This document shows positions 8,705 through 16,844 of a stretch of DNA of 64,000 nt, one piece after another (position 1 is the stretch's first letter; every line of letters starts with the position of its first letter). The notes below the pieces were generated by a model. That model ran no database searches. It was not told the DNA's origin and was given only the letters and a program-made list of their open reading frames with translations. The position numbers and the translations under genes are program-made. Source of the DNA: Nodosilinea sp. WJT8-NPBG4 (GTDB lineage: Bacteria; Cyanobacteriota; Cyanobacteriia; Phormidesmidales; Phormidesmidaceae); contig JAHHHQ010000047.1 in assembly GCA_019359285.1 (NCBI GenBank), positions 24,903 through 88,902 on the forward strand. Direction: 5' to 3'.

Positions 8705-11527
8705 ATGAAGTTTTCTCTGCGCAATTTGCTCATCGTTCCGTTCTTGCTACAGGTGATTGGCATTACGGGGCTGGTAGGCTACTTGTCGTACCGCAGTGGG
8801 CAGCGGGCCGTGCAGGATATCGCCCGTCAAATGATGACGATCACGGGCCAGCGGGCGAGGGAAAATCTCAATGCCTATCTACAAACGTCCCGCTTTGTGG
8901 CTCAGACCAATGCCTATCTGCTCGAAACCGGGACGCTTAGCAGCACCGACCTAGTTGCCCTAGAACGTCACCTGGTAGAGCAGCTCCAGCTGTTTCCGGA
9001 GCTGACGGGCATTGTCATTGCCAACGAGGCCGGTGCGTTTCTCAACGTGGCTCGTCAAGCACCACAGAGATTCTTCTCGGTGCGACAGCGCAACGTGACC
9101 GTGGTCGATAACCGGCTCTACCGCTACCAGCTAGATGGCGCTGACCAATCGAAGACTCTGCTGCCGCCCATCAGTCAGGGCTACGACCCCCACCACGACC
9201 CCCCTGACAACCCGTGGTATGCGGCAGCCCAGGCTAGCCCAGAGGGCCTATGGCGGCTAGTGGTAAGCCTAGAGCGAGGAGACGATCAGCCCCAACTGGT
9301 AATGGTGCGGTTTGTTCCCTTTCAGACACCCAAGGGAGACTTTGGTGGTGTCTTTAGCACCGGCATTTTGCTCACGCAGCTGGGGGAGTTTTTGCAGCAG
9401 CTGATCCCGAGCAGCGAGGGTCAGATTTTCTTAATTGAGCCCGACGGTCACTTGGTGGCGACCTCAACTGGGGAACTGCCGTTTGATCAACAGCCACGCT
9501 CTGATCCGGCGCAGAATGTAGCGTTGCAGCCTCGCCGACTGGCTGTGGGGCAAAGTCGCAATTCCCTTACCCGAACGGTAGCGGCCAGCCTGATTGCCGA
9601 CTATGGCAGCCTTGAGAACGTGCGATCGCCGCGCTTTTCTCACCTCCGGTTTGACCAAGAGCAGTATTTTGTGCAGACAACGCCGCTCCAGGGCGAACTG
9701 AACTGGCTGCTGGTCACCGTGGTGCCGGCCTCTGAATTTATGGCCGACATCGATGCCAACACGGCCCGTACAGCCCTGCTGTGTGCCCTGGCCCTGATTG
9801 GGTCTATCGGCTTGGGCATTTGGACGGCCGAATATATTGCTAAGCCGATTCTGTCGCTCCAGCGGGCGACCCAAGCCTTGACCAATGGCCTGGCGATTGT
9901 GCCGCCCACTCAGCCCAGCACAATTCAGGAAGTAGAAGCTCTGCGCCAGGGATTTGACCGCATGGTGGGCCAGCTAGTGTCGTCGTTTTATGCCCTTAAG
10001 GATCGCGAGAATACACTAGCTACCTTTTTGAACGGGGTGCCAGTGGCCTTGAGCGTGCACGACCAGGCGGGGCAAATGCTGTTTCTTAATGCCAAGGGCA
10101 AAGAGCTGTTGGTCAACGGCGTTACGACCGCCGGCTTTGGACAGCTGTCGGAAACCTATCAGCTCTACCGGGCTGGGAGCGACGAATTGTACCCCACCGC
10201 CGAACTGCCGATGGTCCGCGGGCTGCGGGGCGAAACTGCCTATACCGACGACATTGAGGTAGACACTGGCGATCGCCGCATTCCCCTAGAGGTGCACACG
10301 ATTCCGGTGTTCAACAGCCTCGGGCAGGTGCTCTACAGCATCAACACGTTTCAAGACATTACCGAACGGCGGCAGGTCGAGCGGTTTCGGGTCGACTACC
10401 AGCGCGAGCTGGAGCATCAGGTGGCTCAGCAAATGGCTTCTCTGGCGGCCAGTGAGGCCACCCAGAAGGCGCTGATCAATGCGATTCCTGACCTGCTGAT
10501 GCGCCTAGGGCGGGAGGGTTGTCCCCTGGCAATCTATAACCCAGAGGCGGTGAACTGGCTGGGCGATCGCAGCCAGCTCTATGAGAAGAGCATGTATGAG
10601 AACCTGCCTAGCCCCATTGCCCAGGAGCGTCAGCGCTGCGTCGAACTAGCCCTAGAGACGGGTAGCATTCAGCGCCAGGAGTACGAGTTTGTCTCGGGGG
10701 GAGAGACGTTCTACGAAGAGGCGCGGATTATTCCAGTCACCCAGGACGAGGTGCTGGTGGTGGTGCGCGACATCAGCGATCGCTACCAGATCGATCGCCT
10801 CAAGGATGAGTTTATCTCTATCATCAGCCACGAGTTGCGTACGCCTCTAACGGCTATTCGGGGAGCCCTGGGCATTTTAGAGTCGGGAGTGCTGCACAAC
10901 CGACCCCAGAAAACTCAGCAGATGCTGGGTATGGCCCTCAACAACACTGAACGGCTGATTCGGCTGGTCAACGACATTCTTGACCTGGAGCGCTTAACTT
11001 CGGGTCGCATTGAGCTCAATCTGGAACCCTGCCACTTGGACGAGCTGATGGCGCTGGCGGTTAACGGGGTAGAGGCGATCGCCCTGGCGGCCAACGTCAC
11101 CATTCAAGTCACTTCCGCCGCCGCTACGGTGCTGGCCGCCCCTGATGCGGTGGTGCAGACCCTCACCAACCTGCTGGGCAACGCGATTAAATTTTCTGAG
11201 GCGGGGAGCAAAATTTGGCTGATAGCGGCACTGGTTTCTAACGCTAAAGCGATCGCGGCTCCTGGCACCACCCCTGGGGATCAGCCGGTTTGGGCGCGGG
11301 TTGCAGTCAAAGATCAGGGACGAGGCATTCCAGCCGATCGTCTGGAGATGATTTTTGAGCGCTTTCAGCAGGTGGACGTGTCAGATTCGCGGCAGCGCGG
11401 GGGCACCGGGCTGGGGCTGGCCATCTGCAAACAGATTGTGGAGCAGCACAGTGGGGAAATCTGGGTAGAGAGCCAGGTCGGCCGTGGCAGTACATTTTTC
11501 TTTACGCTGCCGCTGAAGAAATCATGA
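8705..11527 (+). CDS. Sensor histidine kinase (N-terminal TM, Cache-like periplasmic domain, TM, HAMP, 2x PAS, HisKA, HATPase_c)
   Basis: H-box FISIISHELRTPLTAIRGAL. N/G boxes NLLGNAIKF ... DQGRGIP ... GGTGLGLAICKQIV. PAS-type segments lie between. ATG at 8705 precedes the first TM helix (MKFSLRNLLIVPFLLQVIGITGLVGYL). Confidence 0.9.
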   Translation: MKFSLRNLLIVPFLLQVIGITGLVGYLSYRSGQRAVQDIARQMMTITGQRARENLNAYLQTSRFVAQTNAYLLETGTLSSTDLVALERHLVEQLQLFPELTGIVIANEAGAFLNVARQAPQRFFSVRQRNVTVVDNRLYRYQLDGADQSKTLLPPISQGYDPHHDPPDNPWYAAAQASPEGLWRLVVSLERGDDQPQLVMVRFVPFQTPKGDFGGVFSTGILLTQLGEFLQQLIPSSEGQIFLIEPDGHLVATSTGELPFDQQPRSDPAQNVALQPRRLAVGQSRNSLTRTVAASLIADYGSLENVRSPRFSHLRFDQEQYFVQTTPLQGELNWLLVTVVPASEFMADIDANTARTALLCALALIGSIGLGIWTAEYIAKPILSLQRATQALTNGLAIVPPTQPSTIQEVEALRQGFDRMVGQLVSSFYALKDRENTLATFLNGVPVALSVHDQAGQMLFLNAKGKELLVNGVTTAGFGQLSETYQLYRAGSDELYPTAELPMVRGLRGETAYTDDIEVDTGDRRIPLEVHTIPVFNSLGQVLYSINTFQDITERRQVERFRVDYQRELEHQVAQQMASLAASEATQKALINAIPDLLMRLGREGCPLAIYNPEAVNWLGDRSQLYEKSMYENLPSPIAQERQRCVELALETGSIQRQEYEFVSGGETFYEEARIIPVTQDEVLVVVRDISDRYQIDRLKDEFISIISHELRTPLTAIRGALGILESGVLHNRPQKTQQMLGMALNNTERLIRLVNDILDLERLTSGRIELNLEPCHLDELMALAVNGVEAIALAANVTIQVTSAAATVLAAPDAVVQTLTNLLGNAIKFSEAGSKIWLIAALVSNAKAIAAPGTTPGDQPVWARVAVKDQGRGIPADRLEMIFERFQQVDVSDSRQRGGTGLGLAICKQIVEQHSGEIWVESQVGRGSTFFFTLPLKKS

Positions 11528-11901
11528 GCAAGCGAATTTTAGTCATCGACGACGAACTGGACATTCGCGAAGTAGTCTGTTTCTCGCTGGAGGAGTTCGG
11601 CGGCTGGCAAACCGACAGTGCCGGGTCGGGGCAGGAGGGTGTGGACAAAGCCTTAGCCGCCCCTTGGGACGCTATCTTACTGGATGTCTCGATGCCCGAG
11701 ATGGACGGTCTTGCGGTCTATGAGCGGCTTCAAGCTAACCGCAAAACTCAGGCTATACCGGTGATTTTGCTCACGGCTAAGGTTTTGACCAGCGATCGCG
11801 ATCGCTTCTGCACCCTAGCCGTGGCTGGAGTAATCGCTAAACCCTTTAATCCGGTGACGGTATGGCAACAGGTGGCCCAGCTCTTAGACTGGGCCACCTG
11901 A
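11524..11901 (+). CDS. Single-domain (CheY-like) response regulator
   Basis: ILVIDDE...ILLDVSMPEMDG...LLTAK...IAKPF is an intact receiver. The ATG overlaps the kinase stop (ATGA at 11524-11527), implying translational coupling. Confidence 0.9.
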   Translation: MSKRILVIDDELDIREVVCFSLEEFGGWQTDSAGSGQEGVDKALAAPWDAILLDVSMPEMDGLAVYERLQANRKTQAIPVILLTAKVLTSDRDRFCTLAVAGVIAKPFNPVTVWQQVAQLLDWAT

Positions 11902-11974
11902 CCGTGCAATTCAGGATCGAAGTTAGGCGCGAAGGGATATCCACCGTTTGGTGAAGACCAACGACTGTTGACTC

Positions 11975-12460
11975 CTAGGCTGGAGTAATCATCAGCACTA
12001 AGGCCTTTTTGTCGAGGGCCTGCACTTTGCCCGCGTCGCCAATGTCCTTCACGATTCTATCGAGCAGCTCTCCAGCGCGATCGCGGTGCTGGTGCTCACG
12101 CCCTCGCAGGCGCACCAAAAACTTAACCGAGTCTCCCTTCGACAGCCACTCAACCGAGCGGCGAATCCGGAGCTGGTAGTCAGACTCACCCACGTTGGGG
12201 CGCAGCTTGACCTCTTTCAAAGACGGCTTAGAGCTTTGCTTCTGCCGCTTACTCTGCTGGTACTGAAGCTTGCCGTAGTCCAGAATTTTGGCCACAGGGG
12301 CATCTTTGCCGTTAGAGACCACTACCAGGTCAAGTCCTGCATCCTCGGCCAGCGTAAGCGCTTCGCGAGTTTCCATGAGACCCCGATTTTGGTTCTCTTG
12401 GTCGATTAAGAACACCTGAGGTGAGCGAATTTGCCGGTTTACCAGTTGCGTCTTAGAAAT
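11975..12460 (-). CDS. infC: Translation initiation factor IF-3, initiating at AUU
   Basis: The body matches IF-3 (...LDLVVVS...AKILDYGK...VKFLVRLRGREHQH...). The conserved N-terminal segment ISKTQLVNRQIRSPQV lies upstream of the track's GTG start. The reading frame opens only 5 codons upstream of ATT 12458-12460 (in-frame TGA) and has no ATG/GTG/TTG there. GAGAGG sits ~6 nt upstream. Confidence 0.85.
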   Translation of the reverse strand: MSKTQLVNRQIRSPQVFLIDQENQNRGLMETREALTLAEDAGLDLVVVSNGKDAPVAKILDYGKLQYQQSKRQKQSSKPSLKEVKLRPNVGESDYQLRIRRSVEWLSKGDSVKFLVRLRGREHQHRDRAGELLDRIVKDIGDAGKVQALDKKALVLMITPA

Positions 12461-12544
12461 AAGTCGTTCCTCTCAAAATTCGACAGTTGGCCGGGGCGAT
12501 GGCTAAGGACAGAAGTGACCCTAGGGCTGCTTGGCCTAGCAACC

Positions 12545-12598
12545 ATACACCTAATACACCTAGAAGGGTATTATCCATCATGTTATCCATAGAATACC
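12545..12598. repeat. Cluster of short direct repeats in the infC / methyltransferase divergent intergenic region
   Basis: Perfect tandem 9-mer ATACACCTA x2 (12545-12562). Then GGTA-TTATCCAT-CATG-TTATCCAT-AGAA-TACC (12567-12598), an 8-mer direct repeat with 12-bp periodicity bracketed by GGTA/TACC. Confidence 0.6.
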
Positions 12599-12720
12599 TT
12601 AGCTTTTAAGCCAGAGCTGTGTCGAAATATCCGGTCTTAACAAAACGGTAGATGCCTTATAAAGTCGGGCTTTGATCCCGCTATGCTGGGGCGTACAACA
12701 GAACTCGTAGGGGAAGCCCC

Positions 12721-13845
12721 ATGGCCGCATATTTCGCCACCGTTGCCCGTGGGCTAGAGGCCTTAGCCGCCGCCGAACTTGAAGATTTAGGTGCCCAGCA
12801 GATCGAGCCGGGCTTTTGCGGCGTTGCCTTTGAGGGCGACCTGGCCCTGCTGTATCGGGTCAACCTCTGGTCGCGGCTGGTCTTTCGGGTGCTGGTTAAG
12901 CTGGGCGAATGCCCCTGCCACGACGCCGAAGCTCTCTATCAGGGCATTCAGAGTATCGACTGGCGGCCTTACCTCACCCCTGACCGCACGTTCGCGGTCG
13001 ATGCCACCGGCAAAAACCGCAGCCTCAACCACACCCATTTCACCGCCCTTCAGGTAAAAAATGCTGTGGTCGATCAGCAGCGGCAGCACTGGGGCGATCG
13101 CTCTACCATCGACACCCAGCACCCCGAGGTTCGGCTCAACGTCCACATTCAAGACGACATGGCCACCGTTAGCCTCGACAGCTCGGGCAGCAGCCTGCAC
13201 CGTCGCGGCTATCGCCCTGCTGTGGGGGCCGCCCCACTGAAAGAATCCCTGGCGGCAGCGCTGGTGAAGCTGACAGATTGGCCCGGCGACGTGCCACTGC
13301 TGGATCCCCTCTGCGGCTCGGGCACGCTGCCCCTGGAAGCCAGCATGGCGGCGCTAAACATTGCCCCCGGCATTTTCCGCGAAGAGTTTGGCTTCCAGAC
13401 CTGGCCCGACTTTGACGGCGACCTGTGGGATACCCTGTGGCAGGAGGCGGAGGCAGCACGCAGGTCGCCTTTGGGCACCTGGGTGGGAGGGTGCGATCGC
13501 GATCCCGACATCATTCACCAAGCTCGTCTCAATGCCCAACGCTGCGACTTGGCCGAGCAGATCAACTTTTGGGCCGCTGACCTGGCTGACCTAGAGGCTC
13601 CCGCCGACAGTGGCTTTCTGCTGTGTAACCCGCCATACGGCGAGCGTCTGGGTGCCGACGAAGATTTAGGAGCCTTCTACAAACTGCTGGGGAACGTGCT
13701 GAAGCAGCGCTTCAAAGGCTGGACGGCATTCGTGCTCAGCGGCAACAAAGCATTGTCGCAACACATCGGCCTCAAGTCAGCTCAGCGAGTGGCCGTCTAT
13801 AACGGGACGCTTCCCTGCCAGTGGCTCAAGTACGAACTGTATTAG
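12721..13845 (+). CDS. THUMP-domain class I SAM-dependent RNA methyltransferase (RlmL/RlmK N-domain-like)
   Basis: N-terminal THUMP-like region, SAM motif LLDPLCGSGTL and catalytic LCNPPYGERLG. Confidence 0.85.
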   Translation: MAAYFATVARGLEALAAAELEDLGAQQIEPGFCGVAFEGDLALLYRVNLWSRLVFRVLVKLGECPCHDAEALYQGIQSIDWRPYLTPDRTFAVDATGKNRSLNHTHFTALQVKNAVVDQQRQHWGDRSTIDTQHPEVRLNVHIQDDMATVSLDSSGSSLHRRGYRPAVGAAPLKESLAAALVKLTDWPGDVPLLDPLCGSGTLPLEASMAALNIAPGIFREEFGFQTWPDFDGDLWDTLWQEAEAARRSPLGTWVGGCDRDPDIIHQARLNAQRCDLAEQINFWAADLADLEAPADSGFLLCNPPYGERLGADEDLGAFYKLLGNVLKQRFKGWTAFVLSGNKALSQHIGLKSAQRVAVYNGTLPCQWLKYELY

Positions 13846-13860
13846 GGGGATCTTAAGTTG

Positions 13861-13880
13861 GGAAGTCTTGGAAGACTTCC
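13861..13880. terminator. Hairpin between convergent genes (likely terminator of the methyltransferase gene)
   Basis: GGAAGTCTTGGAAGACTTCC is a palindrome (8-9 bp stem) followed by TTT on the plus strand. It lies 15 nt after the stop at 13845. Confidence 0.5.
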
Positions 13881-13894
13881 TTTGCAATTTAGAG

Positions 13895-14578
13895 CTAGCT
13901 TTCTGCCACCGCTACCTCAGCGCCCTGGTTCTCCCAGTCCAATTGACCTAGAGTGTGGCCCAGTTTGTCGGCGATGCCTTCGATCCAAGCTTCGTCTTGG
14001 CGGGTGTAGCTGCGGGGGGCATTGGCGGCCAAGATTAGCGCGCCACCCTGGCCCATGGGCTGGCAGATCACGCCTTGGGTATTTTCGGGCAGATAATCAA
14101 ACTCTACCCGGCCTGGGTAAATGCTGAGTTTTACCAAATACACGGCTTTGCCGGTCTCCAACACCCGCTTTAGAATTGAGCCGGGAGTAACTTCGGCTTT
14201 AGGGGCTAAAATTCCGCGCCGCAGCAGGGTTTTGCCCTGACGATAGACAACGACGGAGCGAGTGACGGTGTTGGTGAGCAACAGGTGAGAAGCCCAGGCC
14301 AGTTCGGTTTTGGTGGCATCGGGCAGGGCTTCATCTAGCTCCAACCCTTCTTCGCCAATCAGTACCACAGCCTCAGGCAGAGTAGGCTGCACGCGCTGCC
14401 ACAGTAGGCCAGTCAAAATCAGCAGAGCGCTGAGAATGACACCCATCACGTCCGATCGCGCCTGAGATTCGGTGAGGGCAGGAGTTAGCACTCGGTTGAT
14501 CATCAGTAGGGTGCCGCCCAAGCCTCCCGTTACCAGCGGCAGCAGCCGTAGCACCCAGTTTGGGTCATTTTGCGCCAT
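13895..14578 (-). CDS. Membrane protein, cofactor-assembly-of-complex-C (CCB, DUF2930)-like
   Basis: 227 aa with N-terminal TM helices (LLPLVTGGLGGTLLMINR..., VMGVILSALLILTGLLWQR). It resembles cyanobacterial CCB-family proteins from memory. Confidence 0.5.
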   Translation of the reverse strand: MAQNDPNWVLRLLPLVTGGLGGTLLMINRVLTPALTESQARSDVMGVILSALLILTGLLWQRVQPTLPEAVVLIGEEGLELDEALPDATKTELAWASHLLLTNTVTRSVVVYRQGKTLLRRGILAPKAEVTPGSILKRVLETGKAVYLVKLSIYPGRVEFDYLPENTQGVICQPMGQGGALILAANAPRSYTRQDEAWIEGIADKLGHTLGQLDWENQGAEVAVAES

Positions 14579-14652
14579 TTTTAGACCTGTCCCTCGATTC
14601 GCCTCTTCCTCGATTTTAATGGGGTTTAGGTCTCCAGCGCTGTAGAGGGGGT

Positions 14653-14689
14653 GGCAGGGTGTAGTGGATTCAGTTCCTTACACCCTGCC
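14653..14689 (-). terminator. Hairpin downstream of smtA
   Basis: GGCAGGGTGTA (14653-14663) and TACACCCTGCC (14679-14689) form a perfect 11-bp stem with a 15-nt loop, 12 nt after the smtA stop. No U-tract. Confidence 0.35.
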
Positions 14690-14700
14690 GTCGTAACAGG

Positions 14701-14871
14701 TTAGCTATTACAGCCGCAGCCGGTATGACCACAGCCCGAAGACCCCTCGGGGTGGCCGTCGGCGCAGGCATCACTGCAAAAATAGTGACCGTCTTTTTCT
14801 AGAGCCTGGCTGGTGTCAACAATGCACAGGCACGAGTCGCAGGCGCATTTCATTTGGGTAACGGTAGTCAT
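14701..14871 (-). CDS. smtA: Bacterial metallothionein SmtA/BmtA (56 aa)
   Basis: Hand translation: MTTVTQMKCACDSCLCIVDTSQALEKDGHYFCSDACADGHPEGSSGCGHTGCGCNS. All nine Cys and the two Zn-ligand His of Synechococcus SmtA (KCACEPCLC...YYCSEACADGH...GCGHTGCNC) are conserved. Below the 60-aa cutoff, so absent from the ORF track. Confidence 0.9.
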   Translation of the reverse strand: MTTVTQMKCACDSCLCIVDTSQALEKDGHYFCSDACADGHPEGSSGCGHTGCGCNS

Positions 14872-14913
14872 GGCAAGGTTCCTCTTCGGCTAGGTGAACT
14901 AAACTGATGCTCA

Positions 14914-14971
14914 AACACTTGAACAACTGTTCATGAATTAACCATAACATGTGAACAGGTGTTCATGGGTT
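14914..14971. promoter_or_regulatory. Two SmtB/ArsR-type operators in the smtA-smtB divergent promoter region
   Basis: TGAACA-AC-TGTTCA (14920-14933) and TGAACA-GG-TGTTCA (14952-14965) are both perfect 6-2-6 palindromes. Each is embedded in an imperfect 12-2-12 repeat (9/12 flank matches). Centres are 32 bp apart. The TGAA-N6-TTCA core is that of SmtB-family operators. Confidence 0.75.
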
Positions 14972-15005
14972 AAATGGTCACTATGATCCGTTGTGATGTT
15001 GAAAT

Positions 15006-15410
15006 ATGCTTCTAGGCCCTGGCTATTCTTCAGAGACGACTGGTATGGCTAGCGATCGCCCCCCTCCCGATGACTCTTCCTGCCACCACGCTGGCCCGTC
15101 GCCTGTGGACGAGATTTTGAGTGTGGAAAAGGCCCAGCGCATGGCCGAGTTTTTTGGCGTGCTGGGCGATCCCAATCGCTGGCGCATTCTCTCAGCTCTA
15201 GCCCTGAGTGAAATGCGGGTGGGTGAGTTGGCTGCTGCTGTAGCCATGAGCGAGTCGGCAGTGTCACATCAGCTGCGTATTTTGCGCGCGACACGCCTGG
15301 TCAGCTACCGCAAGCAGGGGCGCAACGTGCTCTATTGCCTGAAAGACGATCACGTTTTCAATCTTTACCGTGAAGCGTCGGATCACCTGGATGAACCACC
15401 GGAGGATTAA
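15006..15410 (+). CDS. smtB: ArsR/SmtB-family metal-sensing repressor
   Basis: ...AEFFGVLGDPNRWRILSALALSEMRVGELAAAVAMSESAVSHQLRILRATRLVSYRKQGRNVLYCLKDDHVFNLYREASDHLDE closely follows SmtB. The alpha5 ligand pattern D-H...H..E is retained. Divergent from smtA. The start could instead be ATG 15045. Confidence 0.85.
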   Translation: MLLGPGYSSETTGMASDRPPPDDSSCHHAGPSPVDEILSVEKAQRMAEFFGVLGDPNRWRILSALALSEMRVGELAAAVAMSESAVSHQLRILRATRLVSYRKQGRNVLYCLKDDHVFNLYREASDHLDEPPED

Positions 15411-15411
15411 G

Positions 15412-15435
15412 GGGTGGATGGGTTATAGGGTGCTT
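15412..15435 (+). repeat. Octamer tandem repeat (GGGTGGAT family), 3 units
   Basis: GGGTGGAT GGGTTATA GGGTGCTT lies directly after the smtB stop codon and upstream of proA. Confidence 0.5.
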
Positions 15436-15491
15436 TGAATCCTTCTCTGGTGAAACGGTAGACTGGAGTATTGCCGGGTTGTCGTATTGCC

Positions 15492-16814
15492 ATGACCGTT
15501 TCTCCCCTTGCCCAAGATGCCGCTACTCAGCCGCTGTTGGCGATCGCCCAGGCCACTCGCCAGGCGGCTCAAACCTTAGCTAGCCTGTCTGCTGAGGCCA
15601 AGAACCAGGCGATTGAAGCGGTAGCCGCCGCCCTAGAGGCCAACGCCGCTCGCATCGTGGCGGCCAACCAAGCAGACTGCGAAGCTGCCCTGGCTGATAA
15701 CCTGGCCAAACCGCAGTACGGGCGGCTTAAGCTGGATGGGGTGAAGCTATCTGGGGCGATCGCCGGGGTGCTCGACGTAGCCCGCCTGCCCGACCCCGTT
15801 GGCACCGTACAAATTCACCGCGAGCTAGACGAGGGATTAGTGCTCAAGCGGCTGGCGGTGCCCCTGGGGGTGCTGGGGGTGATCTTTGAGTCGCGCCCCG
15901 ACGCGGTGATGCAGATTTCAGCCTTGGCAATTAAGTCGGGCAATGGGGTGATTCTCAAAGGGGGCAAAGAGGCGGTGCGATCGTGCACAGCTCTGGTGGA
16001 GGCGATCAAGCAGGGGCTTGAGAATGTTGGGGTAGACCCAGCGGCGGTGCAGCTACTCACCACCCGTGAAGAAACCCTTGCCCTGCTGGATTTGGAGGGC
16101 TATGTGGATTTGATTATTCCACGTGGTTCCAATGCGTTTGTGCGGTTTGTGCAAGAGAATACGCGCATTCCGGTGCTGGGCCATGCGGATGGCATTTGCC
16201 ATCTCTACATCGACAGCGAGGCAAATTTGGAGCAGGCGGTAGCGATCGCCGTTGATGCCAAAACCGCCTATCCCTCGGCCTGCAACGCGATCGAAACTCT
16301 GCTGATTCACCAAGACATTGCTGTTCAAGGATTGCCGACGCTAGCGACGGCGCTGCGGGCTGCCCAAGTGGAACTGCGAGGCGATCGGCAGGCGCGGCAG
16401 ATTTTGCCCGATTTAATCCCCGCTGCTGGGGAAGACTGGGCGACGGAGTACAGCGATCTGATTTTGGCGATCAAAGTTGTGGAGTCGGTGGTGGAGGCGA
16501 TCGCCCACATCAATACCTACGGGTCGCGCCATACCGAAGCGATCGCCACCCAGAACCCCGCCACCGCTGCTCACTTTATGGATCGCGTCGATGCCGCTGG
16601 GGTCTACCACAACTGTTCGACTCGCTTTGCCGACGGCTTTCGCTACGGCTTTGGGGCCGAAGTCGGCATCAGCACCCAAAAAATGCCCCCGCGCGGCCCG
16701 GTGGGGCTAGAGGGATTGGTTACCTATAAGTATCAGCTGGTCGGCGACGGTCACGTTTCCACAACCTACAGCGGCAGCGATGCCAAACCCTTCACCCACC
16801 GCGATCTGGCTTAA
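15492..16814 (+). CDS. proA: Gamma-glutamyl phosphate reductase
   Basis: Full-length similarity to ProA (...VIFESRPDA...ILKGGKEA...IIPRGS...GHADGICH...CNAIETLL...HTEAI...NCSTRFADG...). ATG at 15492 preferred over the track's TTG at 15471. Confidence 0.9.
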   Translation: MTVSPLAQDAATQPLLAIAQATRQAAQTLASLSAEAKNQAIEAVAAALEANAARIVAANQADCEAALADNLAKPQYGRLKLDGVKLSGAIAGVLDVARLPDPVGTVQIHRELDEGLVLKRLAVPLGVLGVIFESRPDAVMQISALAIKSGNGVILKGGKEAVRSCTALVEAIKQGLENVGVDPAAVQLLTTREETLALLDLEGYVDLIIPRGSNAFVRFVQENTRIPVLGHADGICHLYIDSEANLEQAVAIAVDAKTAYPSACNAIETLLIHQDIAVQGLPTLATALRAAQVELRGDRQARQILPDLIPAAGEDWATEYSDLILAIKVVESVVEAIAHINTYGSRHTEAIATQNPATAAHFMDRVDAAGVYHNCSTRFADGFRYGFGAEVGISTQKMPPRGPVGLEGLVTYKYQLVGDGHVSTTYSGSDAKPFTHRDLA

Positions 16815-16844
16815 AGCAGCTCCGGCAGAATTGTTAGCTCGTGA

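Noticed and set aside
4788-11901. The idea that the integrase marks a genomic island carrying the signalling locus
   Set aside because: There is no tRNA or att-like flanking repeats, composition looks native, and HIP1 sites occur throughout. Nothing in the sequence supports mobility.
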